From: Candidatus Woesearchaeota archaeon | Lineage (GTDB): Archaea; Nanobdellota; Nanobdellia; Woesearchaeales; UBA9642 | Assembly (NCBI GenBank): GCA_013330595.1 | Contig: DUIB01000009.1 | Location: 74-64,073, forward strand | Reading direction: 5' to 3' | Length of the DNA stretch: 64,000 nt | Shown here: piece after piece, positions 1 to 10,314 of the stretch | Layout of the letters: each line of letters begins with the position of its first letter | Position numbering within the stretch: position 1 is the stretch's first letter | The notes under the pieces: generated by a model | Databases searched by the model: none | What the model saw: only the letters and a program-made list of their open reading frames with translations | Told to the model about the DNA's origin: nothing | Position numbers and translations under genes: made by a program

Positions 1-13
1 AAATGAAATAATA

Positions 14-814
14 GTGGATGTTGGAAAAAGCAAGTCACAAGTATATAGGGCTGTCAGTTCACTGAAAAAGAAAGATGCAATAGGGGAAGGGAAAACGTTA
101 TTGCCTAAACACTCACACATATTATTATTAGTTAATATATTAAAGAAAAATTCTCGATTGGTGAATATCTTAAATGATTCGGCTATCGATTTCCTCGTAT
201 GCCTGGATAAGCCTAGAGCTGTTTCTGAAGTCTCGGGGCTTATTGGTGTAAAAAATATCACCTTATACAAAATAATAGAAAAATTGAGAAGATTCAACAT
301 ATTAAGAAAAGAGAATTCAAAATATTCGATAAACCCTTTGTTTAATGAATTTGTAGAACTTACTGAGAGTATGCATACATATAGCATGAATGTCGATGAA
401 AGAATCCCGCTCGGTTCAAGAATATATCTGAAGAATCAAAAAGAGATATTATTCTCCAATAAATCAATTTTAGATGCGTCAATTACAGCATTTTCTAGAT
501 ATAATGATTTTGGGATAACAGTGATTACTAAGGATACTTATTATTATATGCCAAAAAAAGTTTTAGGCATAAAAGAAATTTTCATTCATTCATTATATGT
601 TGCAGAGAAAGAAAAAAGCTCAATCATTTTAGTGGCACTATTCTATTTAAGGAATAAACGGAAATTATCCGGAATAAGGCATTTTGTTCTTGATAGCCTA
701 AGAAAAATATTTAATGGAGAAAGAATTCCTGATTATCCTGTACTTGAAGAACTATTGATGAAGGCGAGGGAATATGATATCAACATTCGAGACATTAAAG
801 AAACTTTTCAATGA
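14..814 (+). CDS. hypothetical protein with predicted winged-helix region; may be 5'-truncated by the window edge
   Basis: The ORF starts at the window edge. It overlaps the next ORF by 41 nt, which suggests an operon with the nucleotidyltransferase-like gene. Confidence 0.3.
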   Translation: MDVGKSKSQVYRAVSSLKKKDAIGEGKTLLPKHSHILLLVNILKKNSRLVNILNDSAIDFLVCLDKPRAVSEVSGLIGVKNITLYKIIEKLRRFNILRKENSKYSINPLFNEFVELTESMHTYSMNVDERIPLGSRIYLKNQKEILFSNKSILDASITAFSRYNDFGITVITKDTYYYMPKKVLGIKEIFIHSLYVAEKEKSSIILVALFYLRNKRKLSGIRHFVLDSLRKIFNGERIPDYPVLEELLMKAREYDINIRDIKETFQ

Positions 815-1406
815 GATAGATGCTGTTCTTGATAAGAAAATAAAAATATATATTTTGGGTGGAGCAGCGATGATGTATCGTAATCTAAAGGATTCCACTA
901 AAGATATTGATGTAGTTATGGGTTCTGATGCTGACGTATTTGAAAAAGCGCTATTGAAGATTGGTTTTAGAAAGAAAAAGATCGGTCTGGAATATCAGAA
1001 GATGAACATTAGTTATATACTTGAGAGGGCGGATTTTAGGATTGATCTGTTTGAACATGCTGTCTGTTCAAAATTATTCTTATCTAAGAATATGATTCGG
1101 AGAAGTGAAAATACACTCGAATTACCGAAATTGTCAGTAAACATTTTAGCAAATGAGGATATATTCTTGTTCAAGACCATAACAGAAAGAGAAGGCGATA
1201 TGGTAGATTGTTCATCATTAGCGAAGGGTGGTATTGATTGGAAATATCTGCTCAAAGAGATAAGGTTTCAATGTGCCCATGGACAGGATATATGGATAAC
1301 ATGGATTGCTGAAAGAATAGATTTATTGGAAGAGAAAGGCGTGGACATTCCTATAATCAATCAACTCCATAAACTAGTTGAAGAATACTACAAGAAAAGA
1401 TTCTGA
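774..1406 (+). CDS. nucleotidyltransferase-like protein (minimal NTase fold, GG...DIDVV motif)
   Basis: The motif 'YILGGAAMMYRNLKDSTKDIDVV' resembles a Pol-beta-type NTase G[SG]..DxD. It overlaps the upstream ORF. Confidence 0.35.
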   Translation: MISTFETLKKLFNEIDAVLDKKIKIYILGGAAMMYRNLKDSTKDIDVVMGSDADVFEKALLKIGFRKKKIGLEYQKMNISYILERADFRIDLFEHAVCSKLFLSKNMIRRSENTLELPKLSVNILANEDIFLFKTITEREGDMVDCSSLAKGGIDWKYLLKEIRFQCAHGQDIWITWIAERIDLLEEKGVDIPIINQLHKLVEEYYKKRF

Positions 1407-1465
1407 GATAACTGTTGTCACTATCAGATGATTAAGAACCGTAAACTTTTTAAATTGGTTGTTCT

Positions 1466-3160
1466 TTGTTGTGTTTTATGGTTAAATTGTTGGAGAAGAT
1501 TGTTGATAAAGTTAGTAGGGCTGGAATATATTTGTTTGCTGCGTTGCAATTAGCTTTGCCTATGAAGTCTTTTGCCGAGGATGTTTCTTTGTCTGGCAGG
1601 GTTGTTAATTCTCAAGGTGTTGGACAAGCTAATAAGAATGTTGTTTTGTTTTTGAATAATAATGATAAGAAGCTTAGTGGTGTTACTGGTGTTGATGGTG
1701 TTTATGTTATCCCTTTTACTCCTTCTGGTATTAGGCACGAATATTTTTTGCCTGAAGGATATTCTGTTTCTAATAATTATCCTAATCCTTTTAATCCTTC
1801 TACTAATGTTAATATTACTCTTCCTGAACGTTCTAGGGTTGAGATGAAGGTTTATGATATGTTGGCTCAGGAGCTTGGTGTTATTGTTGATGAGGAATTG
1901 TCTGCGGGTGTGCATTATTTTCGTTTGGATTTAGAGCATTTGATTAATGGCAGAGATATTGCTGAGGGTGTGTATTTTGTTAGGACTGTGATTGATGAGC
2001 AGTATGTTAAGGTGAATAAATTATTATTTTTAAGAAATAGTCAGCATGCTAGAGCATTCAGTGAAGTTTCTAGTAATGGTTCTTCTAGTAATTCTTTTGG
2101 TAAAACATCAATAGAGGATATTGTTGATTCTTTGCAGGTGTCTGGCCGTTCTATTCTTCCAAGATCTAAAACTCTTGGAACTGTTATTTCTGGTAATACT
2201 GATTTGGGTGATGTGGTTGTTGATTCTGCTTTTAACGTCGATGGTCGATTGATTTCTACTATTAGGTATGATCAGCCTAATAATCATCTGCCTAATCTTA
2301 CGGTGATTATTGATGGATATAGTGCATTGACTGATTCTCTTGGCATGTTTTCTGTTCAGGTTCCTGTTGATAGTCATGTTGTTGAGCCATGGTTTAACCC
2401 TTGGGATCGTAAGATGGATATTGTTGATCCAAGTATTTGGACTAGAAAAAAACTTATCTACATAAGAGGTGACACAACCGATGTTATTGAAGACGTATTA
2501 ACACGAGATGAATTCCCGGATAGTGTGATGAATTTCTTGAATAAAATATCAGATAGGCAATATAATGGTTTGTATAATGTTATTATTCGTTTTGTTGATA
2601 AGCCGATTTTTTATATTGTTGCTGATACAAGTATTGCTTGGGATAAAGAATTTTATAATATTTGGAGTAATTTTATTAAGGGAGTAATGAATAATGTTAC
2701 TAAGAGCAGAAAGTATCCTAATGGTTTTTTGGAAAATGTTATTGTTAAGACTGGTCTTAATCCTCCTGCTGATTGGACTCCTGGTTATTATGTTATTGAT
2801 ACTAGCTGGACTTATGGTAATGCTGTTTTGGCAACAAGTATATTTACTGTTCATCCTGATGGTCAGCCTTATATTCCTGTTTATGCTAGGACTATTGTTG
2901 GTATGTATCCTACTCCTATGGAATTTTGGTATATGAAAAAAGCTTTGGGTCATGAGATAGGTTCTGGCCTGGTGTATATGCCTACCAGGTCTAATGATTT
3001 GATGAGTTGGTATAATCTTGGTAATCCTAATTATCCTGATATTACCAATCCTACTAAGACTGATACTTTGATGCTTCGTTATATTTTTTCTAGAGATATC
3101 GGTGTTGATTATCCTGATCTTGATTGGGATAGAAAGCGTTATGAGTTATATTATCCTTAG
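1466..3160 (+). CDS. secreted multi-domain protein, paralog 1 of a tandem triplet (CarboxypepD_reg-like 'SGRVVNSQG' domain plus a T9SS/FlgD-like beta-sandwich 'YPNPFNPSTNV' motif)
   Basis: It has a hydrophobic N-terminal leader ending ...SFA. The 'DVSLSGRVV' motif, 'NNYPNPFNPSTNVNITLPERSRVEMKVYDMLAQEL...GVYFVRTV' and a second 'DSAFNVDGRLISTIRYDQ' block are shared with the next two genes. Confidence 0.6.
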   Translation: MLCFMVKLLEKIVDKVSRAGIYLFAALQLALPMKSFAEDVSLSGRVVNSQGVGQANKNVVLFLNNNDKKLSGVTGVDGVYVIPFTPSGIRHEYFLPEGYSVSNNYPNPFNPSTNVNITLPERSRVEMKVYDMLAQELGVIVDEELSAGVHYFRLDLEHLINGRDIAEGVYFVRTVIDEQYVKVNKLLFLRNSQHARAFSEVSSNGSSSNSFGKTSIEDIVDSLQVSGRSILPRSKTLGTVISGNTDLGDVVVDSAFNVDGRLISTIRYDQPNNHLPNLTVIIDGYSALTDSLGMFSVQVPVDSHVVEPWFNPWDRKMDIVDPSIWTRKKLIYIRGDTTDVIEDVLTRDEFPDSVMNFLNKISDRQYNGLYNVIIRFVDKPIFYIVADTSIAWDKEFYNIWSNFIKGVMNNVTKSRKYPNGFLENVIVKTGLNPPADWTPGYYVIDTSWTYGNAVLATSIFTVHPDGQPYIPVYARTIVGMYPTPMEFWYMKKALGHEIGSGLVYMPTRSNDLMSWYNLGNPNYPDITNPTKTDTLMLRYIFSRDIGVDYPDLDWDRKRYELYYP

Positions 3161-3175
3161 TGTTACCCTTTTTTA

Positions 3176-4888
3176 ATGGTTAAATTTTTAAATTGTTTTG
3201 TTTTTGTGTTTTTTATGGGTAAGTTTAATGCTGTTGTTTATTCGTTGAAGAAGTTTGCTGTTGGCGTTTATGCTACGTTGCAATTAGCTTTGCCTATAAA
3301 GTCTTTTGCTGGTGATGTTTCTTTGTCTGGCAGGGTTGTTAATGATCAGGGTGTTGGGCAGGCTAATAAGAATGTTGTTTTGTTTTTGAATAATAATGAG
3401 AAGAAACTTAATGGCGTGACTGGTGCTGATGGTGTTTATGTTATTCCTTTTACTCCTTCTGGTGTTAGGCATGAGCATTTTTTGCCTGAAGGATATTCTG
3501 TTTCTAATAATTATCCTAATCCTTTTAATCCCGCTACTAATGTTAATGTTACTGTTCCTAAAAGATCTAGTGTGCAGATGAAGGTTTATAGTTTATTAGG
3601 TGAGGAGTTGGGTATTGTTATTGATAAGGATTTTGATGCTGGTGTTCATGGTGTGAATGTTGATTTGGAGCATTTTAATGTTGCTCAGGGTGTATATTTT
3701 GCTCGTACAGTGATTGATGAGCAGTATGTTAAGGTGAGTAAATTATTATTTTTAAGAAATAGTCAGCATGCTAGAGCATTTAGTAATGATATTGTTTCTA
3801 GTGGTGCTTCTGGTTCTTTTGGTAAAACATCAATAGAGGATATAATTGATTCAATGTATGTTAATGGTCGTTCAATCCTACCAACATCTAAGTTTCTCGG
3901 CGTGATTATTTCTGGTAATACTGATCTCGGTAGTATTGTTGTTGATTCTGCTTTTAACGTCGATGGTCGATTGATTTCTACTATTAGGTATGATCAGCCT
4001 AATAATCATCTGCCTAATCTTACGGTGATTATTGATGGATATAGTGCATTGACTGATTCTCTTGGCATGTTTTCTGTTCAGGTGCCTGTTGATAGCCATG
4101 CTGTTGCTCCGTTTTATGGTATGAGTCCTTGGCATCGTAAGATGGACATTGTTGATCCAAGCATCTGGACAAGAAAGAAACATCTATATGTCCGTGGAGA
4201 CACCACTGATGTAATTGAGGATGTATTGACAAAAGAAGATTTTCCTGATAGTGTGATGAACTTTATGAATTATATATCTAATAGAAATGGAACAGGGGGA
4301 TATGATGTTCTTAAGAGATTTATTGATAAGCCTTCTTTTTATGTTGTTGCTGATACAAGTATTGCTTGGGATAAGGAGTTTTATGATATTTGGGGTGGTT
4401 TTATTAAGGGTAAGTTGAATGATGTTTTGACAGGCAGATTATTCCCTGAAGGTTTCTTAAAAGATGTTATTATAAATTCAGGCACTAATCCTCCTATTCA
4501 ATGTGATGAAAATAATGCTGTTTATACTATTACTCCTGATGCTGCGTATGGTAATGCTGTTTTGGCGACTAGTCCTTGTGCTCGAGGCCCCCCCCCGATG
4601 ATTATATCGTGTATTACTAAGGTTGGAATGTATCCCACTCCTATGGATTTTGATTATATGAAGAGAGCTTTGGGTCATGAGTTGGCTTCTGGCTTGGTGT
4701 ATATGCCTAATAGGTCTAATGCTTTAATGAGTTGGTATAATCTTGGTAATCCGTTGAATCCTGATCCAACTAATCCTACTCAGACTGATTTGCTTATCTT
4801 GCGTTATGTGTTTTCAAGACCTACAGGAATGGATTTTCCTGATGTTGATTGGGAGCGTTCTCCTAAGAATCCTATCAGTGTCCCATAG
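3176..4888 (+). CDS. secreted multi-domain protein, paralog 2 of the tandem triplet
   Basis: It has the same domain order as 1466-3160. A block of about 170 bp (3952-4100) is nearly identical to 2229-2377. The true start is probably the internal Met 'MGKFNAV'. Confidence 0.6.
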   Translation: MVKFLNCFVFVFFMGKFNAVVYSLKKFAVGVYATLQLALPIKSFAGDVSLSGRVVNDQGVGQANKNVVLFLNNNEKKLNGVTGADGVYVIPFTPSGVRHEHFLPEGYSVSNNYPNPFNPATNVNVTVPKRSSVQMKVYSLLGEELGIVIDKDFDAGVHGVNVDLEHFNVAQGVYFARTVIDEQYVKVSKLLFLRNSQHARAFSNDIVSSGASGSFGKTSIEDIIDSMYVNGRSILPTSKFLGVIISGNTDLGSIVVDSAFNVDGRLISTIRYDQPNNHLPNLTVIIDGYSALTDSLGMFSVQVPVDSHAVAPFYGMSPWHRKMDIVDPSIWTRKKHLYVRGDTTDVIEDVLTKEDFPDSVMNFMNYISNRNGTGGYDVLKRFIDKPSFYVVADTSIAWDKEFYDIWGGFIKGKLNDVLTGRLFPEGFLKDVIINSGTNPPIQCDENNAVYTITPDAAYGNAVLATSPCARGPPPMIISCITKVGMYPTPMDFDYMKRALGHELASGLVYMPNRSNALMSWYNLGNPLNPDPTNPTQTDLLILRYVFSRPTGMDFPDVDWERSPKNPISVP

Positions 4889-4929
4889 TTTCTTTTATTA
4901 CTTTGTAATGGTTAAATTTTTAAATTGTT

Positions 4930-6606
4930 TTGTTTTTGTGTTTTTTTATGGGTAATTTGTTAGATGATTTTGTTTATTCGTTGAAGAAGGTTGCTGTTGT
5001 TGCGTATACGGCGTCGCAGTTGGCTTTTCCTGTTTTTGCTGGTGATGTTTCTTTATCTGGCAGGGTTGTTAATTCTCATGGTGTTGGTTTGTCTAATAAG
5101 AATGTTGTTTTGTTTTTGAATAATAATGAGAAAAAGTTGAATGGCGTGACTAATGCTGATGGTGTTTATGTTATCCCTTTTACTCCTTCTGACGTTAGGC
5201 ACGAATATTTTTTGCCTGAAGGATATTCTGTTTCTAATAATTATCCTAATCCTTTTAATCCTGCTACTAATGTTAATATTACTCTTCCTGAACGTTCTAG
5301 GGTTGAGATGAAGGTTTATGATATGTTGGCTCAAGAACTTGGCACTGTTGTTGATGGAGAGTATGATGCAGGTGTTCATGGTGTGAATGTTGATTTAGAA
5401 GATTTGGTTTCTAGTCCTTCTCAGGGTGTGTATATTTTAAAGACTGTTATTAATGATGCGTATGCTAATGCTAAGAAGATATTGTTTTTAAGAGATTCTC
5501 AACATGCTGGTAGTTTTAATTTTGGTGGTGTTTCTTCTAATAATTATTTTTCTAAGGTTTCTTTGCAGGATGTTGTTGATTCTATGCATGTTAATGGTAG
5601 GTCTATCCTGCCAACTTCAAAATCTCTTGGTGTGATTATTTCTGGTGATACTGATCTCGGTGATGTGGTTGTTGATTCAGCATTCAATGTTGATGGAAAG
5701 GTCATTTCTACTATTAGGTATGATCAGCCTAATAATCATCTGCCTAATCTTACGGTGATTATTGATGGTTATTCTGCTGTTAGTGATTCTCTTGGTAATT
5801 TCTCTGTTCAGGTGCCTGTTGATAGTGTTGTTCCTCCTCCTTTTTCTGGATTGTCTCCTTGGCATCGTAAGATGGATATTGTTGATGAGAGCATCTGGAC
5901 TAGAAAGAAACACATCTATATCGATGGTGATACATCTAATGTCATTGAAGATGTCTTGACAAAAGCAGACTTTCCAGATAGTGTAATGAACTTTTTGAAT
6001 GAATTATCGTGGAGAGATAAGGGAGGATTGTATGATGTGATTATGCGTTTTGTTGATAAGCCGATTTTTTATATTGTTGCTGATACTACTCAGGATTTTG
6101 GTAAGAATTTTTATAATCTTTTATCAACGTTTGTCAGAGGAACATTGAATGACCTTACAAAAAGTAAAAAATATCCTCTCGGGTTTTTAGAGAATGTTGT
6201 TATTGAGACCGGTGTTAATCCTCCTGCAGATGATACTCCTAGTTATTATGTTATTAAGACAAGTATGGATTATGGAAATGCTTCTGCACTTACTGGTTCA
6301 TTTTCTATTCATCCTGATGGTCAGCCTTATACGCCTGTTTATGCTAAAACCACTTTTGGTGTTTACCCTGAGCCTAGGTTGGATATTATTAAGAAGTTAT
6401 TGGCTCACGAGATTTTGTCTGGTTTGGTGTTTATGCCTACTAGGTCTAATGATTTGTTTAGTGTGTATAATACTGGTCCTTCTGGTAAGATTTTCGATAC
6501 TGATAGGTTGATGTGGAAGTATATTTTTTCTCGAGATAATGGTGTGGATTATCCTGATCTTGATTGGAGCAGGTCTCCGAAGAATCCGTGGATTGATAAT
6601 CCATGA
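4930..6606 (+). CDS. secreted multi-domain protein, paralog 3 of the tandem triplet
   Basis: It has the same architecture. An identical 60-bp tract (5703-5765) is shared with paralogs 1 and 2. Confidence 0.6.
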   Translation: MFLCFFMGNLLDDFVYSLKKVAVVAYTASQLAFPVFAGDVSLSGRVVNSHGVGLSNKNVVLFLNNNEKKLNGVTNADGVYVIPFTPSDVRHEYFLPEGYSVSNNYPNPFNPATNVNITLPERSRVEMKVYDMLAQELGTVVDGEYDAGVHGVNVDLEDLVSSPSQGVYILKTVINDAYANAKKILFLRDSQHAGSFNFGGVSSNNYFSKVSLQDVVDSMHVNGRSILPTSKSLGVIISGDTDLGDVVVDSAFNVDGKVISTIRYDQPNNHLPNLTVIIDGYSAVSDSLGNFSVQVPVDSVVPPPFSGLSPWHRKMDIVDESIWTRKKHIYIDGDTSNVIEDVLTKADFPDSVMNFLNELSWRDKGGLYDVIMRFVDKPIFYIVADTTQDFGKNFYNLLSTFVRGTLNDLTKSKKYPLGFLENVVIETGVNPPADDTPSYYVIKTSMDYGNASALTGSFSIHPDGQPYTPVYAKTTFGVYPEPRLDIIKKLLAHEILSGLVFMPTRSNDLFSVYNTGPSGKIFDTDRLMWKYIFSRDNGVDYPDLDWSRSPKNPWIDNP

Positions 6607-6714
6607 TTATATAATTCAAGTTTTTTTCTTAATAATAAATATTTTTATTAAGATTTTTGTTATCTTATCATCAATTGTGCATTATCGAGGAGAAATACTT
6701 TTGGGATAACATTA

Positions 6715-8064
6715 GTGTTCTTTATAACGAAAGCTTTATATATTAATTGTATTTCCTATAATACAAAATTAGTACTTTTTGTTCAGTTGGAGATACAAAT
6801 GGATTACAAAGCGATTATTGTCCAATGGATGGAGTTTAAGATTCCTGAAGTTATGCATAGGGATATAAATATTGTTTTGGATAAGGGTTTTATAATAACA
6901 ATCACTGGCCCAAGGAGATCCGGAAAAACGTATATGTGCTTTCAATTAATGCATTCACTGTCAAGGAAAAATCTGTTATATCTAAATTTTGAGGACAATA
7001 AACTGTTAAATGCTGGCGCAGATGATCTTGATAAATTGCTGGAATCATTTTATGAACTTTCTGATGTCAATAAGGATTCCAGGATATGCCTATTTCTAGA
7101 TGAGATACAGAATGTTAGGGATTGGGATGCATGGACGCGGAAGATGCATGATTATAATAAAAACATCCAACTGATAATTACTGGATCCAGCTCTAAGATG
7201 CTGAGTAGGGAGTTATCCACAAAACTTAGAGGACGCACTCTTGAGCATGAAATATTCCCATTGAGTTTTAAGGAGTTTCTTGAATGGAGAAATATTTCCT
7301 ATAATATGAAGACATTAAGCTATAGTAGAGATAAGATAGGCGTAAAGAAAGCTTTCAGTGAATATATGAAAAATGGCGGTTATCCAGCACTTATAAGTTT
7401 CGATGATAGAAAGACTGTTTTGCAATCATACTATGATACAATGATACTTAAGGATGTTGTTGAGAGGCATAATGTCTCTGATGTAAATAAATTAAGGCTA
7501 GTTGCCAATCTTCTTATTGAGTCTGCATCCAGAGAGATATCCTATAATAAGTTGGCCAATAAGCTGAAATCTATTGGCGTAAGCATGAGCAAGAATACAA
7601 TAATAGAATATATCTCCTACATGGAAGAATGCTATCTTGTTTTCCAGAACCTAAAATATGAATATTCCTTAACCAAACAGCTAGGGGCAATAAAGAAACT
7701 GTATGTTATAGATACAGGATTGCTTAATGCAATAAGCTTCAAGTATTCAGAGGATAATGGTAAATTATTGGAGAATATTATTTACATACAATTGAGAAGG
7801 CAAAGCAGGGAAATTTATTATCATTCTGGAAAGAATGAATGTGATTTCATAATTAAAGATGGCAACAGGATTATTTCTGCAATTCAGGCATGCTATGAAT
7901 TGAATGATGATAATAGGGATAGAGAGGTCAAGGGATTGCTTGAAGCTATGAGTGAGCATAAATTGAGAGAGGGATTGATAATTACACTGGATCAAGATGA
8001 TGAGTTTATTATTGATAAGAAAAAGATTAGGGTGGTTCCTGCTTGGAAGTGGCTGTTAGGCTGA
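6715..8064 (+). CDS. AAA+ ATPase with C-terminal DUF4143-like domain (COG1373 family); likely true start at Met ~6796 (MDYKAIIV)
   Basis: Walker A is 'ITGPRRSGKTY'. There are 'LFLDEIQ' and 'ITGSSS' sensor motifs and a C-terminal 'WKWLLG'. It is a paralog of 13644-14909. Confidence 0.65.
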   Translation: MFFITKALYINCISYNTKLVLFVQLEIQMDYKAIIVQWMEFKIPEVMHRDINIVLDKGFIITITGPRRSGKTYMCFQLMHSLSRKNLLYLNFEDNKLLNAGADDLDKLLESFYELSDVNKDSRICLFLDEIQNVRDWDAWTRKMHDYNKNIQLIITGSSSKMLSRELSTKLRGRTLEHEIFPLSFKEFLEWRNISYNMKTLSYSRDKIGVKKAFSEYMKNGGYPALISFDDRKTVLQSYYDTMILKDVVERHNVSDVNKLRLVANLLIESASREISYNKLANKLKSIGVSMSKNTIIEYISYMEECYLVFQNLKYEYSLTKQLGAIKKLYVIDTGLLNAISFKYSEDNGKLLENIIYIQLRRQSREIYYHSGKNECDFIIKDGNRIISAIQACYELNDDNRDREVKGLLEAMSEHKLREGLIITLDQDDEFIIDKKKIRVVPAWKWLLG

Positions 8065-8219
8065 TTTTTGTTATTGTAAACTTTGTCATTTAATCATTCC
8101 TTGTAATAGTTTTTCATTAATAATCCTGCATTGATTTTTCCATAAATAATGAATAACAACTATCGTAGATGCAAAAAAACAACAACCTTTAAAAAACTGA
8201 TTTCTTACCTAAGTCCTGT

Positions 8220-9263
8220 ATGAAGAACACATTCAAGAATCTATTAACAATATTCTTCCTATTGATAGGAATAGCGGCAATGTATGTGATCTTGAAAAAT
8301 CATAGCCTTAAAGATATCTTCCAGATGTACAGTAATTTCAATGCATACATTCTGATATTATATATCATTGCTGTCGTTTCGATAATGGTTGTATTGACAT
8401 GGCGTTGGGATCTGATATTAAGATCAAGGAACATTAAGGTTCCATTCAAGAAATTATTAATATATAGGATAATCGGGACTAGCATCAATTTCCTTACTCC
8501 GGGGCCTAGAGTCGGTGGTGAGCCGACACAGGCATCATTGCTTACAAAACATAAAGTTGACTTTACAGAAGGATTAAGCACAATAATGATTGATAAGATC
8601 ATTGACACAACAACCTCTGGATTATTATTCATTATTGGAGTTGTCCTTGTTGGTTTGAAATACACTTTTCCGAGAAACACAGAGCTCGCATTGACTTTAG
8701 GAGGAGTGGTTTTTCTGGCAATTGTGACTTTGTTTTATTATAGGATGCTTACAAGCCAGCATTTCTTCCTGAAAATATTTCATTTTTTCAGATTAGACAA
8801 AATAAAGAATAAGTTCTGGAAAAAGCTAGAAAAAAGTATTGAAAAAATAGAATTGACAATGATTGATTTCTATAAGATGAACAAAAAGGCATTTGTCGTC
8901 TCATTACTAATCAGCATATTCACCTGGGTATTGATGTTTTTCGAATATAAATTTGCAACAATGCTTTTAGGATTGGATATTGGAGCTGTTGAGATATTCT
9001 TTATTGTTACATTCATCGGATTGGCAATATTATTCCCTATTCCCATGGCTGTTGGTGTGCTAGAGGCAGGACAAGTGTCTGCATTTGCATTGATAAGATT
9101 AAATGCATCAGCAGGAGTTGCATTAGCATTCTTAGTAAGGATGAAAGATATCATCTGGGCTTTAATAGGCCTTGTTTTGCTTGCAACTTACGGATTCCAT
9201 GTAGGAAAGGTTGTAAGGAAAAAATATGGGGATAAGAATCTTGACATAGGAGAAAATGGCTAG
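8220..9263 (+). CDS. integral membrane protein, lysylphosphatidylglycerol-synthase-TM-like (UPF0104) flippase-like protein
   Basis: It is a multi-TM protein. The 'GTSINFLTPGPRVGGEP' motif is typical of the UPF0104/LPG_synthase_TM family. It is in an operon with the glycosyltransferase (8-nt overlap). Confidence 0.45.
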   Translation: MKNTFKNLLTIFFLLIGIAAMYVILKNHSLKDIFQMYSNFNAYILILYIIAVVSIMVVLTWRWDLILRSRNIKVPFKKLLIYRIIGTSINFLTPGPRVGGEPTQASLLTKHKVDFTEGLSTIMIDKIIDTTTSGLLFIIGVVLVGLKYTFPRNTELALTLGGVVFLAIVTLFYYRMLTSQHFFLKIFHFFRLDKIKNKFWKKLEKSIEKIELTMIDFYKMNKKAFVVSLLISIFTWVLMFFEYKFATMLLGLDIGAVEIFFIVTFIGLAILFPIPMAVGVLEAGQVSAFALIRLNASAGVALAFLVRMKDIIWALIGLVLLATYGFHVGKVVRKKYGDKNLDIGENG

Positions 9264-10314
9264 GATAATATATTCCATATGCGGAGAAGGCTTAGGGCAT
9301 GCATTCAGGAGTGCAGAGATAATATCTGAACTGAGAAAAAAGCATGATGTTCTCATTATTGCAGCAAGCTCGAGGATAGCTGATTATCTGAAAAAAAGAT
9401 TCAATAAAATTGAAACCTTTGAAGGATTAAGGCTTTCATATAAAGACAATAGCATTGATGATTACACAACATTAAGAAATTATATGAAATGGCTTCTTGA
9501 AAGCCCTAAAACAATAAGAAAATTATTCAAGATATTCAGAAAGTACAAGCCAGACTTATTGATAACAGACTTTGAGGGTGCAACAGCAGCAATAGCAAAC
9601 ATATCGAATATTCCTGTTGTATGCATATGCAATATCCATGCAATGACCAAGCTAAGATATAAATTACCTAAAAAATACAGATTGACAGGGGCAAAGATAA
9701 AGATTGTTGTAAACACAATATTCCCGAAAGCAGATTATCATTTGATAATAAGTTTTTTCAAAGAAAAGCCAAAAAATCATAATATATCATTATACGCTCC
9801 TGTAATAAGGAAAGAATTCCACGGTGTCAAGACAAAAAAAGCAAATTACATAGTGGTATATCAGACATCAGACACTCACTCAAGGCTTATACATTATTTG
9901 AAAAAAATAAATTATAATTTCATTGTTTATGGATTCAACAAGGAGAGTAAAGAAAATAATATTATATTCAGGAAATTCAGCTATGATCAGATGATAAAAG
10001 ACCTTGCAGAATGCAATGCATGTATTGCCAATGGCGGTTTTACTTTCATTACAGAAGCAATATATCTCCATAAACCTGTATTGTGTGTCCCGATAAAAGG
10101 ACAGTTTGAGCAGATACTGAATTCAATATATGTTAAGAAGCTAGGTTATGGAGAGATGTACGATCATATTGACAAAAAAAAGATAGAAAATTTTATCTCA
10201 AACTTAAAAAAATATGAGAAAAAGCTTCAACATGTCAAGAAAGAAAACAATTCAAAGTTGATGCATAAGGTCGAGGAAATAATAAAAAATGTCTCTAATA
10301 AAGGAAGGACTTAG
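9256..10314 (+). CDS. glycosyltransferase, GT28/MJ1255-like family
   Basis: The N-terminus is 'CGEGLGHAFRS'. The C-terminus has 'ANGGFTFITEAIYLHKPVLCVP', a UDP-sugar-binding motif of MurG/MGT-like glycosyltransferases. Confidence 0.6.
   Translation: MARIIYSICGEGLGHAFRSAEIISELRKKHDVLIIAASSRIADYLKKRFNKIETFEGLRLSYKDNSIDDYTTLRNYMKWLLESPKTIRKLFKIFRKYKPDLLITDFEGATAAIANISNIPVVCICNIHAMTKLRYKLPKKYRLTGAKIKIVVNTIFPKADYHLIISFFKEKPKNHNISLYAPVIRKEFHGVKTKKANYIVVYQTSDTHSRLIHYLKKINYNFIVYGFNKESKENNIIFRKFSYDQMIKDLAECNACIANGGFTFITEAIYLHKPVLCVPIKGQFEQILNSIYVKKLGYGEMYDHIDKKKIENFISNLKKYEKKLQHVKKENNSKLMHKVEEIIKNVSNKGRT

Noticed and set aside
2935-2960. 'GHEIGSG' / 'GHELASG' segments that superficially resemble a zincin HExxH motif in the paralog C-terminal domains
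   Set aside because: The second His is absent (HExxxG), so a metalloprotease call is not supported.
1550-6511. Numerous antisense and alternate-frame ORFs inside the three paralog genes (e.g. 1662-1847, 2694-2936, 5762-5959, 6194-6511; Leu/Ile-rich)
   Set aside because: They are artefacts of the extreme T-richness of the coding strand, are low complexity, and overlap much longer conserved ORFs.
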